Source: the human T2T-CHM13v2.0 reference genome, Homo sapiens. Taken from it: DNA of 64,000 bases. The translations under genes and the position numbers were made by a program. The notes beneath the pieces were generated by a model. It saw only the letters and a program-made list of their open reading frames with translations. It made no database searches and was not told where the DNA came from. Shown here one piece after another: positions 34,681 through 50,133 of the stretch (its first letter is position 1; the number at the start of each line of letters is the position of its first letter). The stretch lies in NCBI RefSeq assembly GCF_009914755.1, contig NC_060934.1; one strand, 5' to 3'.

Positions 34681-34909
34681 TCTCTCTCCTTGTAAAGGCA
34701 AATCCTTTAATTAAGCAGGGTGCTTTGACTAATATTATTGAAAGCCTGGAGTAAATAAGGTCTTTAGAATGTCTACACGTATGCCTGAGTTTCATGGTAG
34801 AGACATAGGCTCAGTCAACATTTTCTTGTGTTATTTCATAAGGGTTTTAAAAATAAAATTTCCAAATGCAAAATAGACACATGCACAATATAAATATAAG
34901 TGGAGACTA

Positions 34910-35459
<550 letters not shown>

Positions 35460-35489
35460 CTAGTAAGAAAAGCATGATGAGATTCTTAC

Positions 35490-35602
35490 CAACAAACCAT
35501 CCATCGTCACATTTTTCCATGACATCAACGATATCTCCATCGCGGAGTTCCAACTCATCATCATTCTGTGGTATATAGCTATATAATGCTTGATAGCTAA
35601 AT
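35490..35602 (-). CDS. SORBS1: SORBS1 penultimate exon (third SH3, first half)
   Basis: TATAG|A TTT AGC; [37 protein letters not shown](G) with the SH3 ALYSY motif; donor G|GTAAGA. Confidence 0.96.
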
Positions 35603-35919
35603 CTATACATGAAAAAAATGAATAGTAAGTGACTCAAATGTCGACAGGATTAAATAAGGAATTTTTAAACTCCATTTCAAGTTCAATAAACTTTTCAGCA
35701 GTGTTTCCTACTTATCAGTAGGGATAAAAGCATTTTATTGACTATTTCCCTAATAACTTAGCATTTGGGGAGATGCATTCAACATATAATTAAGACTGAG
35801 GGATGGAGAACTTCTGACAAGCAAGCCATGATCACTCTTATTTCGCTTCATTTGGTTACCACAGCCAAGCCTTTTTATCTAGAGCACTTCCTACTCTACT
35901 CTGACCTCTGCCTTTAAAG

Positions 35920-36176
35920 CAGTGGTCCCCAACCTTTTAGGCACCAGGGACTGGTTTTGTGGGAGACAATTTTTCCACAGATGGGGTGGGGTGGGGGGGA
36001 TGGTTTTGGGATGAAACCATCAGGACATTAGTTAGATTCTCATAAGGAAGGCGTAACCTAGATCCCTCACATGTGCAGTTCACAATAGGGTTCACGCTCC
36101 TGTGAGAATCTAATGCACTGCTGATCTGACAGGAGGCAGAGCCCAGGTGGTAGTGCCTGGGGATCGGGGACCCCTG
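35920..36176. mobile_element. MER1B-like hAT DNA transposon
   Basis: Terminal inverted repeats CAGTGGTCCCC...GGGGACCCCTG and a perfect 8-bp TSD CTTTAAAG (35912-35919, 36177-36184). Confidence 0.9.
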
Positions 36177-37520
36177 CTTTAAAGTAAACTAAGCCTTTTC
36201 CTTAACACAGGATAATATATGTAGATTATCAAGCATAATCAGAAGTTATTTGGGCCCAGAGACATTACATTCTGGTCATATATATGGAGAACATAAAACA
36301 TTTGTTTTTTAAAAAAAGTGTGTGTATAATAGCCATATATAATAGCTATATATATGCTATTAAAAGTACATTCCAATTGCCTCACTGTTTAGCAAAACTA
36401 TCTTGAGTTTCTTTACATGCCTAAACACATTTCATTCACTGCTTTTAAATGTGGATGTCATTTTTCTGAAACCCTTGAAAGCTTTTTTCTTTTTTCTATC
36501 CCAGTGAGCATTGAGGGCAAGATTTTTATTTACTTGCTAGTTGGCCTAAGGCATTGGGTCTGTGCTGTTTTGTCTGTTCTAGCAGCCACTGGAGACAGCT
36601 GGACTGCTTGTGGTGAAATCTGATCCTTGCTTTGGCATCAAGGAAAAGCTTTGTTTTTATTTATTTCTTCAACAAATACATAAGAGGCACCTACTATGTA
36701 CCAACTTCACAACTCTGTTTACTATTTTGAGACAAGACAGTAGCAGGCAAAACTGTAAATGAGCCAGTCATCTACCATTTCCAGTAGATGTCAATGAATT
36801 CCAGTGTGCAAGCAAGAAAGACTAGAAACAAGCAAGTGGAGTCAGTTCTCAAAAACAAGAGGTTCATTCTGCTCTGCTAAAACCAGAGGGACAACTTCAC
36901 TTTCCATATTTATCCAAATGTATTGATAATTTGGAGGATGGATCTGGTTGCCAGAAGGAAGGTCTCAAATGAGGAATTAAGAGATGCAGATCAATTTCCA
37001 ATTGGTAAATAAACACTTTTTTTTTTCATGTTTCTGTATTTGCCTGCTGTCTCCTACTCAATTTGGAGTCTCCTACTGGCCTCCCAACACATGCCCCTTG
37101 CCAGCTTCTTAGAATGCCTGGGCCCTTTAACTCCCACCATGGCTGCTTTGCCAGCCTCAGCCCTGGGAAATAACTCCAATATCTGCTTCTCTATTTTCAC
37201 TCCCAGACAGTGGAGACTGGCTGGACAAAGTCCCACACTCTTGCTGCTTGGGTACCCCAGTCAGCTCTAATTTGGGATGAACCTCATACTCCTCAGAACA
37301 TTGTCCCATGGGGTCCTTCCCCCAGCTCTCTTGCCAATCCTGGTGCCCCACGCTCAGCCAAGAGCTCTCACTCTGCCCCCACTTCTGGAGATGGAAGCTT
37401 GCTGTGGACAGCACCTTAATCCTCCTCCCCTCCAGATTTAAGTCTCTGTGCCTCCACTCACCTTCCTGCCCCTGCTCACACATGTGAGGAAAGAAAGGTC
37501 CCTTCTCCAAGCCACGTTGA

Positions 37521-37847
<327 letters not shown>

Positions 37848-37969
37848 TCACTTACATCTTATTTGCATTAACTGGCATTTTACTCTGGTAAAATTTGCTT
37901 GTCTCTGCACCCTAAAAACACCTCCCCTGACTCTGCTATTCCCTTGATCTATAGCCCCCCGCCTTCCAC

Positions 37970-38790
37970 TCACCATTGACCCTTCCTAACACAGCACCTG
38001 CCACCACCCCTACCAACACTAATACTGCCGTATCAGAGGTCACCAGGGATTTTTCCAGTTGCCATGGAAAATGCCTGGTGGACATTTCTCATTTCCCACT
38101 CTTGGCCTCTCTGGGGCAGGTGACACTGCTGACCAGATGCTGTAGCTGTTCTGTGAAAGTGAACGTCTTAGACCCTCACTGGCATCTCTTGTTGCCCTTC
38201 TCTGTCTCTGTGGCTGGCTAGGCTTCTTTACATGTATCTCTGTTGGTAATTATACTCACTTCCACGGTTACAAAATGCCCACTTTGTCCTGGCTCAGGCC
38301 CTCATGGCTTCTTAGCTGGATTGAAGTCTTCTAACAAACATCTTTGTCCCTGATCTATGAAATCTACCCTCCACTCTGTTGCCAGAGTTATCTCCCTAAA
38401 ACAAAATATGATCAATATGTTCCTTACTTCAAAAACCTTCAATGGCTCCCTAGTACCTGCAGAATAAAATCCAAACTTACTTCAACTGCATTCTGGAATC
38501 TACCATCTGGTCCCATCCCACCTCTAAGCTTCATCTCTATCTCTTCCATGAACCATATGCTGCAGCTACACGGGCCCTTTCAAGTTCTCCAAATACCACC
38601 CACTCTATGCCTTTGCACATGTGGTCCTCACCTCTGGGAAGATATTTTCCTCCCTTTTCTAGCTCTCAGAATCTAATTTGTCTTTCAGTGTTTGGTCCAA
38701 ATCTCTCTTTCTCTGTGCACAGAGTTTTCTCCTATGTGCTTAAAACATAGGAGATATCCAATAATTTTTTATGAATGAATGAATGAAGCA
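37970..38790 (+). mobile_element. L2 fragment
   Basis: aaaaccttcaatggctccc...cagaataaaatccaaact...cctttgcacatgtgg...tgaatgaatgaa. Confidence 0.7.
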
Positions 38791-39132
38791 ACCCTTTCAT
38801 TCACGGCTGGTCAGAATTAACCATTCCTTCCTCTATATTCCCACTATACTAGCACTGAAACCAGTCAGCACAGCTCTCATTTGACATTCTACAGCAGTTA
38901 ATCTTTACCTGTCTCTCTCTCCCAGCAGTCTATGACGGCCTTTATTTACCTGCCACCTGTTTTCACCTTGGCTGATGCAGAACATGGCCTTCACTAGAAA
39001 TCCTCAGGAGAGAACCTGGGTGTAATTCACTCATTCCTGCAAATGACTGCCCCATATTCAGCCAGCGACCCACTTTCTAAGACCAACAGTCCTCTGAGAA
39101 CATGAGAATCGAAGTTCACCAGGAGTACTTAC

Positions 39133-39191
39133 AAATCTTGTGAGGTTTGACTCCTGTCGGGGGTGACTCTTCGCTGCTGGGCTTGAGGTTG
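39133..39191 (-). CDS. SORBS1: SORBS1 linker exon before third SH3
   Basis: TTTCTCAG|QPQAQQRRVTPDRSQTSQD(L); donor TT|GTAAGT; phase 0 in, phase 2 out, fits both neighbours. Confidence 0.93.
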
Positions 39192-39323
39192 CTGAGAAAT
39201 GATTAAAGATGATTTATTGTCAGAAGGGGATACCTTGTGATGAAAGTCAAGGGGATGAGAAACAGTGCTGCAGTAATGAACAGATTTTTCGGCAATGTTT
39301 ATGATCTCATTGCAAACCGCTTC
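39192..39323 (-). CDS. SORBS1: Candidate in-frame 132-nt 5' extension of the linker exon via an upstream alternative acceptor
   Basis: CTCACAG|EAVCNEIINIAEKSVHYCSTVSHPLDFHHKVSPSDNKSSLIISQ, open and in frame; this AG is the first after a 269-nt AG-free stretch. Confidence 0.65.
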
Positions 39324-39915
39324 CTGTGAGGTGGCCCCGAGATATCCAGAAACCCCAATAAAACAGTCAACATGGGGACAAAAAAAAAAGAAAGAGAGGA
39401 AGAGATGTAACATTCCAGACGAAGCACATAAGTCCAGGGAGAAAACAGAGTTGAAGATCCAGGTTAAAAAAATAGATATTCCAGTAGTGGAGTGCAGGAG
39501 GGATCCAGGCGTAAGCATGGAAAAACAGGTAAGATACAGAAGAATTTGGAATTTAGTAAGAATATTAAAAAAAAAAAGGCAGCAGCATAAAAGCCTGAAA
39601 TTAGTGAGTAACTGTCACAAATGGAATACTTTAGGGTAGAAATGCAAGTATGTATCCCCAATCATGCACTAATACATTAATTTAATCCCACATATAGGCA
39701 GAGTAGAAATATCGTCTCTAAATTCCTCTGCTTTTTTCCAGGGGCTGGGGGTAATGCAGTGGCCTAACATCTCGCTCTACTACAATAGCCACAGAATTCT
39801 TATAAATAATATTTCTGTGGGTTAACCAGGCATCACTCTAGTCTAGATTCCAGAAGTAAGGATCAGTAAAAATTCTCTTTAGAAAAGCTGCAGTCTTATT
39901 CAACAGGCATCTTAC

Positions 39916-39975
39916 CACATAGCTCTTTTCAGATTCTGTGAGATCTGGTCCTGCTCTCAATGAATGATGAGAAAG
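39916..39975 (-). CDS. SORBS1: SORBS1 60-nt cassette exon (not in ORF track)
   Basis: CACAG|LSHHSLRAGPDLTESEKSYV|GTAAGA; symmetric phase 0; with the 774-nt exon gives 278 aa, the size I recall for the muscle ponsin insertion. Confidence 0.88.
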
Positions 39976-40808
39976 CTGTGATCACCAAGCAAATTATAAG
40001 GGAGACATTTTAGCAGATGTCACATTGGAAAGGATTCAAAATAAAAGCATGAGCAAATCCACGTACCACACCATCACGCTTGGATGACACCAGATACCGG
40101 CGGCCTATGGCCACCAAGTCTCCACAACAACAGGGTGGGTGCACAGAAGAAAATGCAAATGTAGAGTTAGAAGCAAGCATCCAGGAAATGAAATGGGAAA
40201 TTGGAAACATGGCTGCAGTGAGGTGAGGATGAACAACACAGGGTCCCCAGATTGGCAGGAGAGAGACTCAGAAAGGCCATCTTAGCCAGGTCCCTTCACA
40301 CATATTGGTCCCCTCACGCTCAGCTAGTAAGCATCTAGGGAAGGTGGCTGAACCCAAAGCCAGTTTTGGTTATTTTGTTGACTGGAAGCCCCCTCTAGCA
40401 GAGCAGGCCCATAGAACCATCAAGTCTGCTGTATTTCAGAAACTTATAAAAACTGAAAAAGGGAATAACATTTTTGAAAACTTCCTTGGTAATATATGAA
40501 GTACCAACCAAGACCATTCCCCTGGAAAAATCTGCAAATGACACACTCCAGTGAGGTATGAGATGAATTCAGATAGCTTGTAGGACAGAGCTTGCTTCCA
40601 GAAATAGGACTGTGTGTGACGAAACTGTCACTCTTCACTTACCAACCCAGGTACCACATGCTAACATAGAAACACAGGTGCAAACATGGCCAAGCAAACC
40701 TGCCTTTTGAGTGGGGCTTCCATTGTAGAGGCCAGCCTTCACTTGGAGAGTGTTTGGAACCATGTCCCCCAGACAGGACTCAATTCCAAGCTCTAGGAAG
40801 TTTTTCTA

Positions 40809-41158
<350 letters not shown>

Positions 41159-42724
41159 GCAATAGGCCACAACTCCAGGGCCTTCTAGATGGGCGCTTAG
41201 AAATCTTTTGTGCATGACCCACTTGTTTCACAGAGAGACATAGAAAAAGTGGGAGCCTCCCCTGAGGTCACACATCAAGTCAGTGGTAGGCTTTTCTCCT
41301 GGCTTCATCTATTGTCCCAACTGACCTTGTCTTTTATCCTCAGACCATCTTCTGCCTTATCAAGTGTGCTCACTGACCTCATCTTCAGTGACTCCCTCAG
41401 AAACCCTGGAGTCAGGCAGGACAGGGTTTATCATTGTTTTCTTAAAAAACCCAGGAAGCTGATGCTCAGAGGGGTTTCATGCATTCCTCAACATCACACA
41501 GCCAGTAAGAGGTAAAGTGGCTCAGCTGCTCTTTCCGCTCCACCAGACCACCCTCTCCTGTTCACCTCCCCTGGAAATGTCCTCAACCGTTAGCAAGCCC
41601 TGCAGGACTAACTTCCGTTGCAGGCATCATTTCAATACCCCTGTCCTTTTGGGAAGCCTCCTCAAGTTCTCCAAAAACCTTCTAAACTGCAACCACTCAA
41701 ACCAGTCACCTTGCACTCTGACAGGAGTAAAAGAAGAGGCGGAACTAAATGAGCCACGTCATGCTTCTTCTACAATGACTCTGGACGTTAGGTCTTTGCC
41801 GGGTGACTGGGAGCCGACCTTGTATGGCTCCAACACCACCCACCCTCCACTCACTGCCTCTGGATTAAGGTGTCCGTATCACAAAGGAAAGAAATGGACA
41901 TTTCCAAGTACCTTCTATGTGGGCTTTCAGAAGAATGAAACGTCTGAAATGTCACCTTGAGTGGGTGACAATGACATGCAGATTTTAACATGACAGAAGG
42001 GAGAACTTCCAAACAATCCAACAATACAAGGGGCTGCCTCAAGTGGAAATGAGTTGGCTGCCTTGGCAGCTGTTTAAGCTGAGGCTGCTGTGGACTATGA
42101 CTAACTGGGATATTGTAGAGCCATCCTTCTTAGACTTTAATGTATATAGCTATTATTTGGGATCCTGTTAAAATGTGGACTCTGACTTGATACACCTGGG
42201 CTGTATTGTGAAATTCTGCATTTCTACTTGGTAGTGCTGACACTGCTGGTTCACAGACCAACTGTAGGCGGCAAGGGTGCAGAGGACCTCAACTGCCCTA
42301 CACTGAGATTCTTTGGCTATAGTATGCCAAGACCGGTGGTCTGGGTCACACCTCATGAAAACAAAAGTTCTCATAAAAAACAAAATATTTCCAAATTCCA
42401 GCTGGTGGCCTCATGACCTCAGGTCAAATGCGGTATAAAGAGAGGATGTAGACAATCTCTTGGCAAGATCTCCATAGTTTACAGAAACCTAGCCTCCTTC
42501 CACTCAACTTCATTCATCCCAAAGGAGTGACTGGAATCAATTATCTAGCAAACAATTTGGTGCTGAAAAGAGGATCAGTGAATCAAATATAGTAAGAAGA
42601 ACCTGATATTTTACAAGCATATATAGATCCATTACATATCTGACTTTTGTACTAACCCTCTGACTTGAGGAGTGCAGAATAAGGAATTTAAGGCTCAGAG
42701 GAGTTCCATCCCAGGCACTACTTC

Positions 42725-43220
<496 letters not shown>

Positions 43221-43947
43221 TGAAGTTTGTACAAGGTAGTGTGAAAGCTGAGCCCTTTGACATCTAATCTCCATATACTACCTGCCACCTCCCTCTTGGA
43301 TCATGATTAGATTGCTTGTGTAACTATGACAGCAACACCCAATTTCTGCCTTGTCTGAAAACAGGCACTATCTATCATTTCTCTTCTTGAATACTTTTTA
43401 CTCTAGGTGTTCAAAGACATTTCCTTATGTAAAAGATACGGTGTACGGTAATAGCGTCCAATCATTAATTGTGAACTATAGTACCGGAAGGGACATTGAT
43501 GGTCCACCTTGTACCTTCCTTGGTCTCAGGCCATGCCCAAAGCTAAGGATAATCATCATCATAGCTTTAACATCTGTATAGTACAAACTTAACCCCATTC
43601 CTGAGAGGTAGGGATGACTGGGTGCCTCACTTAGCGTTTGTTGAATAAATGAAGGAAGAAGGCAAGATAAACATTTATTCTATTAGTTAAGACTCAATTT
43701 CTCTCTGTTTAGATTTAAGTGAAATAGCTCATATAACTGAAATGTAAACCAGTTTTTTTCAGGGGACGGAGACATGGCATGGGGGTACACCCTCAGTGGA
43801 AATGGAAACCATTACTATCTATCACAAGAATTAGCCCTTCATTTTGAAGGCTGTTTATCCTCAGGTTTTTTTTCCCCTCTAGTTATGTTTTCTTTTCCTG
43901 TCCCCATTTTCTAACCACTTTACAGCTTTGTACAGTGCTTCTTCTGG

Positions 43948-44225
43948 ACCTATCCTGTCCAAGATTGTAGCCAGCAGCCACAGGTGGCTGTTGGACACTT
44001 GAGATGTGGCAAGTATGAAGTGAAATGTGTTATGTGTAAAAATATACACTGGATTTCAAAAACTTAGTACAAAATAAAGAATGTAAAATCTCAGTAATAA
44101 TTTTTAGATATACTGGGTTACAATATATTATTAAAATTTCAGTTGTTCCATTTTACTGTGTGTACTAGAACATTTTAAAATCACACATGTGGCTTACATT
44201 ATATTTCTACTAGACAATGCCTCTC
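43948..44225. mobile_element. hAT-Charlie MITE (MER33/MER3-like)
   Basis: gtagccagcagccacaggtggctgttggacacttgagatgtggc; similar to the copy at 33803. Confidence 0.7.
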
Positions 44226-44426
44226 TGAGCCCTCCCCAGGTACTCAGCATCTGCCCTTATTTAAGCCTAAGAGAAGATACAAGTTCTAACAAGGACTTCA
44301 TCTAGTGTTAAGAATAAAAAAGAATAAAGTTAAGACTAAAAAAAAAATGCTAAGGACATTTCCAACTCTGGTGACGGCATTCCAGTTTTTCACGTGTTTA
44401 CAAAAACAACCAGCCCAGCGCATGCA

Positions 44427-44453
44427 TACACACATACACACACACACACACAC
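44427..44453 (+). repeat. (CA)n microsatellite
   Basis: Interrupted CA run. Confidence 0.85.
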
Positions 44454-46382
44454 TGCACTCCCCTCCTTTCCCCCATTAATAGGAAGCAGGTGACAGTCCT
44501 TGATCCAGAAAGTGCTTTCTTCTGTATTTGTACACAAGTCGCCTCTCCTGGCCTGGAGCTTGCTTCATTCTCCTCAAGTGGGTGACCCTGCATGCGTCCT
44601 TGCTGTTGCCCTTCTACTTTCAGTTCACAGAAATCCCCCAGAAATCAGATCTTAGCCTCCCTGGAGCTGTTAATCCCTCTGGATCCACAGAACACCTGGC
44701 GCTACTGTGGAGTTACTAAGCATCCGCTTCCAGCTTTGGGTGTGTGCCAAAGCCTTGTGGGCCCAAATAGATTGCACACAGGCTACAGAACAGCAGGAAG
44801 TCCTGAAGATGTGGACAGGACAGAGAAACTCTACTTCTCCCTGGCCCCAAATCCCCTCTAGAAACAGCACGAGGCTCTGCTGCTCCCCTAACCTGCCTGA
44901 GTCTCACAGAGATGGCACTCCTCTAGTCATCTCACATCCCAAGTCTTCTCAGACCCCACCCCACCTTTCTGGTGACCTACCCTGACCTCCCAGCGGGACA
45001 GTGAGAAAATCCAGGTTCCAGGCCATGCTCTGTACTAACTGATTGTCTTGTGAACAAAATGCTTAACGTCTTAGGACTTCAAGTTCTAAAATACATAAGA
45101 GGATTGGACATAATTTACATAAATGTCTTTTTGGCTTTAATGCTCTATGATTGCAATGTGCCTGTCCCATGGGTTAAGAAGTAGGACTGGGTAGGGGCTG
45201 ACTTGGCTTAAGGGAGGCAGCACTCTACTCATTGCTTACTGAAGACTGGGAGGAGGAAGGCTTTCGACTGCAGCCTCCAGATATGGATGGAGTGCTCACT
45301 TCTGGAAGTATCCCAAGCGACTGCCCCAAAATAGTGATAGATTTGCACCTACTGGAACATCATGGGCAAACTCTTCCAGAGGAGTAGAAAGGCCCGAATG
45401 AGTCAGTCTCCTGGGTTTGAGCTCCAGGAAACCACCAGAGCACCCTCAAAACAGTCTCTGACTCCACTGAGTTATCTTATTGAGTTTACTGAGAAAAAGA
45501 TCACAGCTTAAATATAAAACTAATTACAAACAACTAGTTCAATTGCTTACCATCTAGATTTTATCTCCTTGCAAGTCACTCACTAGACAACACATTAACT
45601 TTGTTGTAATTTGAATCTGATTACAACACTAAACTTAAATGCTCAGTAAATACTCAACCAATGCTCAGCCTTCTCTTCATAGACTATCATACAGTCTTCT
45701 CTTCCTTTCATAAGACAGTTGGGGGGTAATGGCAGATACATATTCAAGTGTGAAGAAACCAAAGGCTTTCCAAGAATAGCTTATGCCTTTATACTGAAGG
45801 TAGAATAAACTAATTTGGGGAGCACAAATTCCAGATTTTCTAAATTCTCGATTTGTGTAACCCAAAGTAAAATGATTTTCCCATCATTCTCTATTTTCTT
45901 CTCTTCCCATCCTCCCCACCCACCATTTTTCTCTCTTAGGTGGAACAGGGTAAGGTGGATAAAGTAAACTACTTTTGTTTCATTTCCCTGGTACCTCGAC
46001 ATCACACAACAGGTATTTATGGTCCCGTTACAGGCTGCGCTAGCTGCTTTCATCTCTATTATATTTCATTTAATTCTCATAGCAACTCAAGAAGGTGGTC
46101 AACATTGACCTCATTTTACAAATGAGAAAACGAAGACCTGCCGTGTGTGAATTGGGAATGTGAACAGTTAGTATTGGAACATCTGTCTCTCAGACTCCAA
46201 GTTCTGCACATTCCACCACACCCCAAACTTCTAGGTTTGTGCTCTGCCAGAGGAAGATATCAGAAGAGCTAGAGAGAGATGCTCACCAACAGGTCACCTT
46301 AATTTGTCCAGTACCCTGTGGCTGGCACTTCCTACTGACATGCTCCATTCTCCTAACACCTTTATAAGGGTAGACACTTTAG

Positions 46383-46676
<294 letters not shown>

Positions 46677-47580
46677 AGTTCCCTACCGTTAGTGATGAGA
46701 GAATACCTGCTGCTTATTTTTGTAAGTACCGCAGCCAACGTCTCTCCCCATCCCGTAAGCTGTTAAACGCCCTCTATTTAGAGATTTCCCTTCTGAGTGA
46801 GTCAAAGGAAAATGTTTCCTATATTTACTTGAGTATCTTAACATTTAAAATTTCTTTTTTTCTTGCAGGTTCCATCACAGCTTCCTTTTCTATTTCTGAT
46901 TTCCATCCTCAAGGCAGGCCTATGCCTCTGTTCTTATCTTTCTGGGAACTAATTTAGTTTCCTTGTGTTGAGAAGTGTTCCCTCTGAAGTCACATCTTTC
47001 TGTCTCAAGTTGAGTCACTTTCCCTCCTTCTCCTTTCTCTAAGCCTATAGTTTGTTCTTATGCTTCTCAGACAGATGCTTTAAGGACACATAGCTTTCCA
47101 GTATATTGAGATTTTATTTGATTAGCTTCCTTCCCTTTAGGAACCAAACTGACATCACAAAATTTCTGTCACTTTCCTCAGGCCTTGGTTTCCTCATCTC
47201 ATTGTAAAAGACTGGAGGCTCTTAACCTGGTGATCTGTCACAGGTAGACTTGGGTGTGGGCCTTTTGAAATGATGCAAAACTGTGTGTCACTCTCCTCCC
47301 CAAACTACTGGCCTAGAGTCCTTGGCTGACCTCAGATTCTCAAAGGTTCTGTGATCCAGAAAAAGTTGTCAGTTACTGGAGTAGATGGTCTCTAAATATT
47401 CTCTTTAATTCAAAAATTCTAGGAAGTACTCTCACAATTTGTAAAAACACTTAAAAACCAAGGCTAGATGCCAGTCAACAAATAGTGCTTCTGTCACAGA
47501 GAAACTCAGTAAATATTTGATCATGCAAACGATGGGATTTTTCAAGATGATCTTCCCTTTGCTTTCTTTTTCTTTTTTTT

Positions 47581-47654
47581 AGTGGAACAACCAGTTTGAT
47601 CTGTAACTGACTGTGAACAATGAATTGAGATAACTCACTACCATCAGACCTGTC
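47581..47654 (-). pseudogene. 3'-truncated Y1 RNA retropseudogene
   Basis: Minus strand reads GACAGGTCTGATGGTAGTGAGTTATCTCAATTCATTGTTCACAGTCAGTTACAGATCAAACTGGTTGTTCCACT, matching the 5' ~74 nt of hY1; A-rich tail at ~47563-47580; imperfect TSD CCCTTTGCTTTC / CCCCTTACTTTC. Confidence 0.92.
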
Positions 47655-47689
47655 CCCCTTACTTTCCTTTTTTTTTGTTTACTTTTTAA

Positions 47690-48152
<463 letters not shown>

Positions 48153-48864
48153 TGAAGGTCTGTAAGTTGACAATAAACCCCTGACTTAAATTTTTGTATG
48201 TGTTCTTCTTTCTCATTTAAACTAAAATTCATGCAGGATTTTTACCTAATCAAAGGATATCAAAGCTAAAAAGAATGGCATTTCTCTTGTCTGAATCTTT
48301 TGTTTACGGACAGAGTAGCTGCCAGGAAAGAGAAGTGACTCAACAAAAGATACTTGGCAAGCCAATGGCAGAGCTAGAGCTAGAACTTGGGACCCTGACT
48401 CTCAATCCAGTGCTCTTCCCCACCCCATCCTGATTTCCCTGAAGACCCCTGCATTCATTTCATTCACTCTCTTCTGCTGTTCAGAGAAAAAACACACCTA
48501 AAAACATGGGCAACTGACCCAATGTGAAACAGTTTAGGAGTGAAAAGTCAAACCATTTCACAGGAAGTGTCCACACATCTGCAGAGTTGAGGGAGGTGGG
48601 CAGGTGACTGATTCAAAGGGTCACCGTGACTCCTGACATAACTTCTGGTCCCAGCCCCTTCTCCAGAAACCCCCTTTTCTATTCACCTGTGGACACCAGA
48701 AGCCTCACCCAAACAAGGAATGCATCATTCTCTATGCACACCTTTCATGGTCCTACCTCTGGGCCTTTGCTTGAGCTATTTGCCTCGAGTCCCACCCTCC
48801 TGCTGTACATCTGTGAGAAAACCTCTTATTCTTTAAGGCTCAGATTAAATGCTACTTTTTTGAG

Positions 48865-49921
<1,057 letters not shown>

Positions 49922-50133
49922 TTGCCTTTTCTTTCATTCAACAAACATTCACTGAAGTGCCTTCCATACATTAGGTATCACGGTCCCGCCTTTGGAGCAC
50001 TGATACTGTATGGGAACACAGGGAAGCAAAGGGGGCTGAGAGAGGCTCACACAGACCATTGCAGGGGCTATGGCAGCCCAAAGTCAGAGCACTAATCCAC
50101 TCATGCAGGGGTGGGGGAGGCTGTCAGGAAAGG

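Noticed and set aside
45890-45956. Plus-strand pyrimidine tract + TAG, 10 nt, then GTAAGG (antisense microexon-like)
   Set aside because: No supporting antisense exons or promoter seen; such motifs arise by chance
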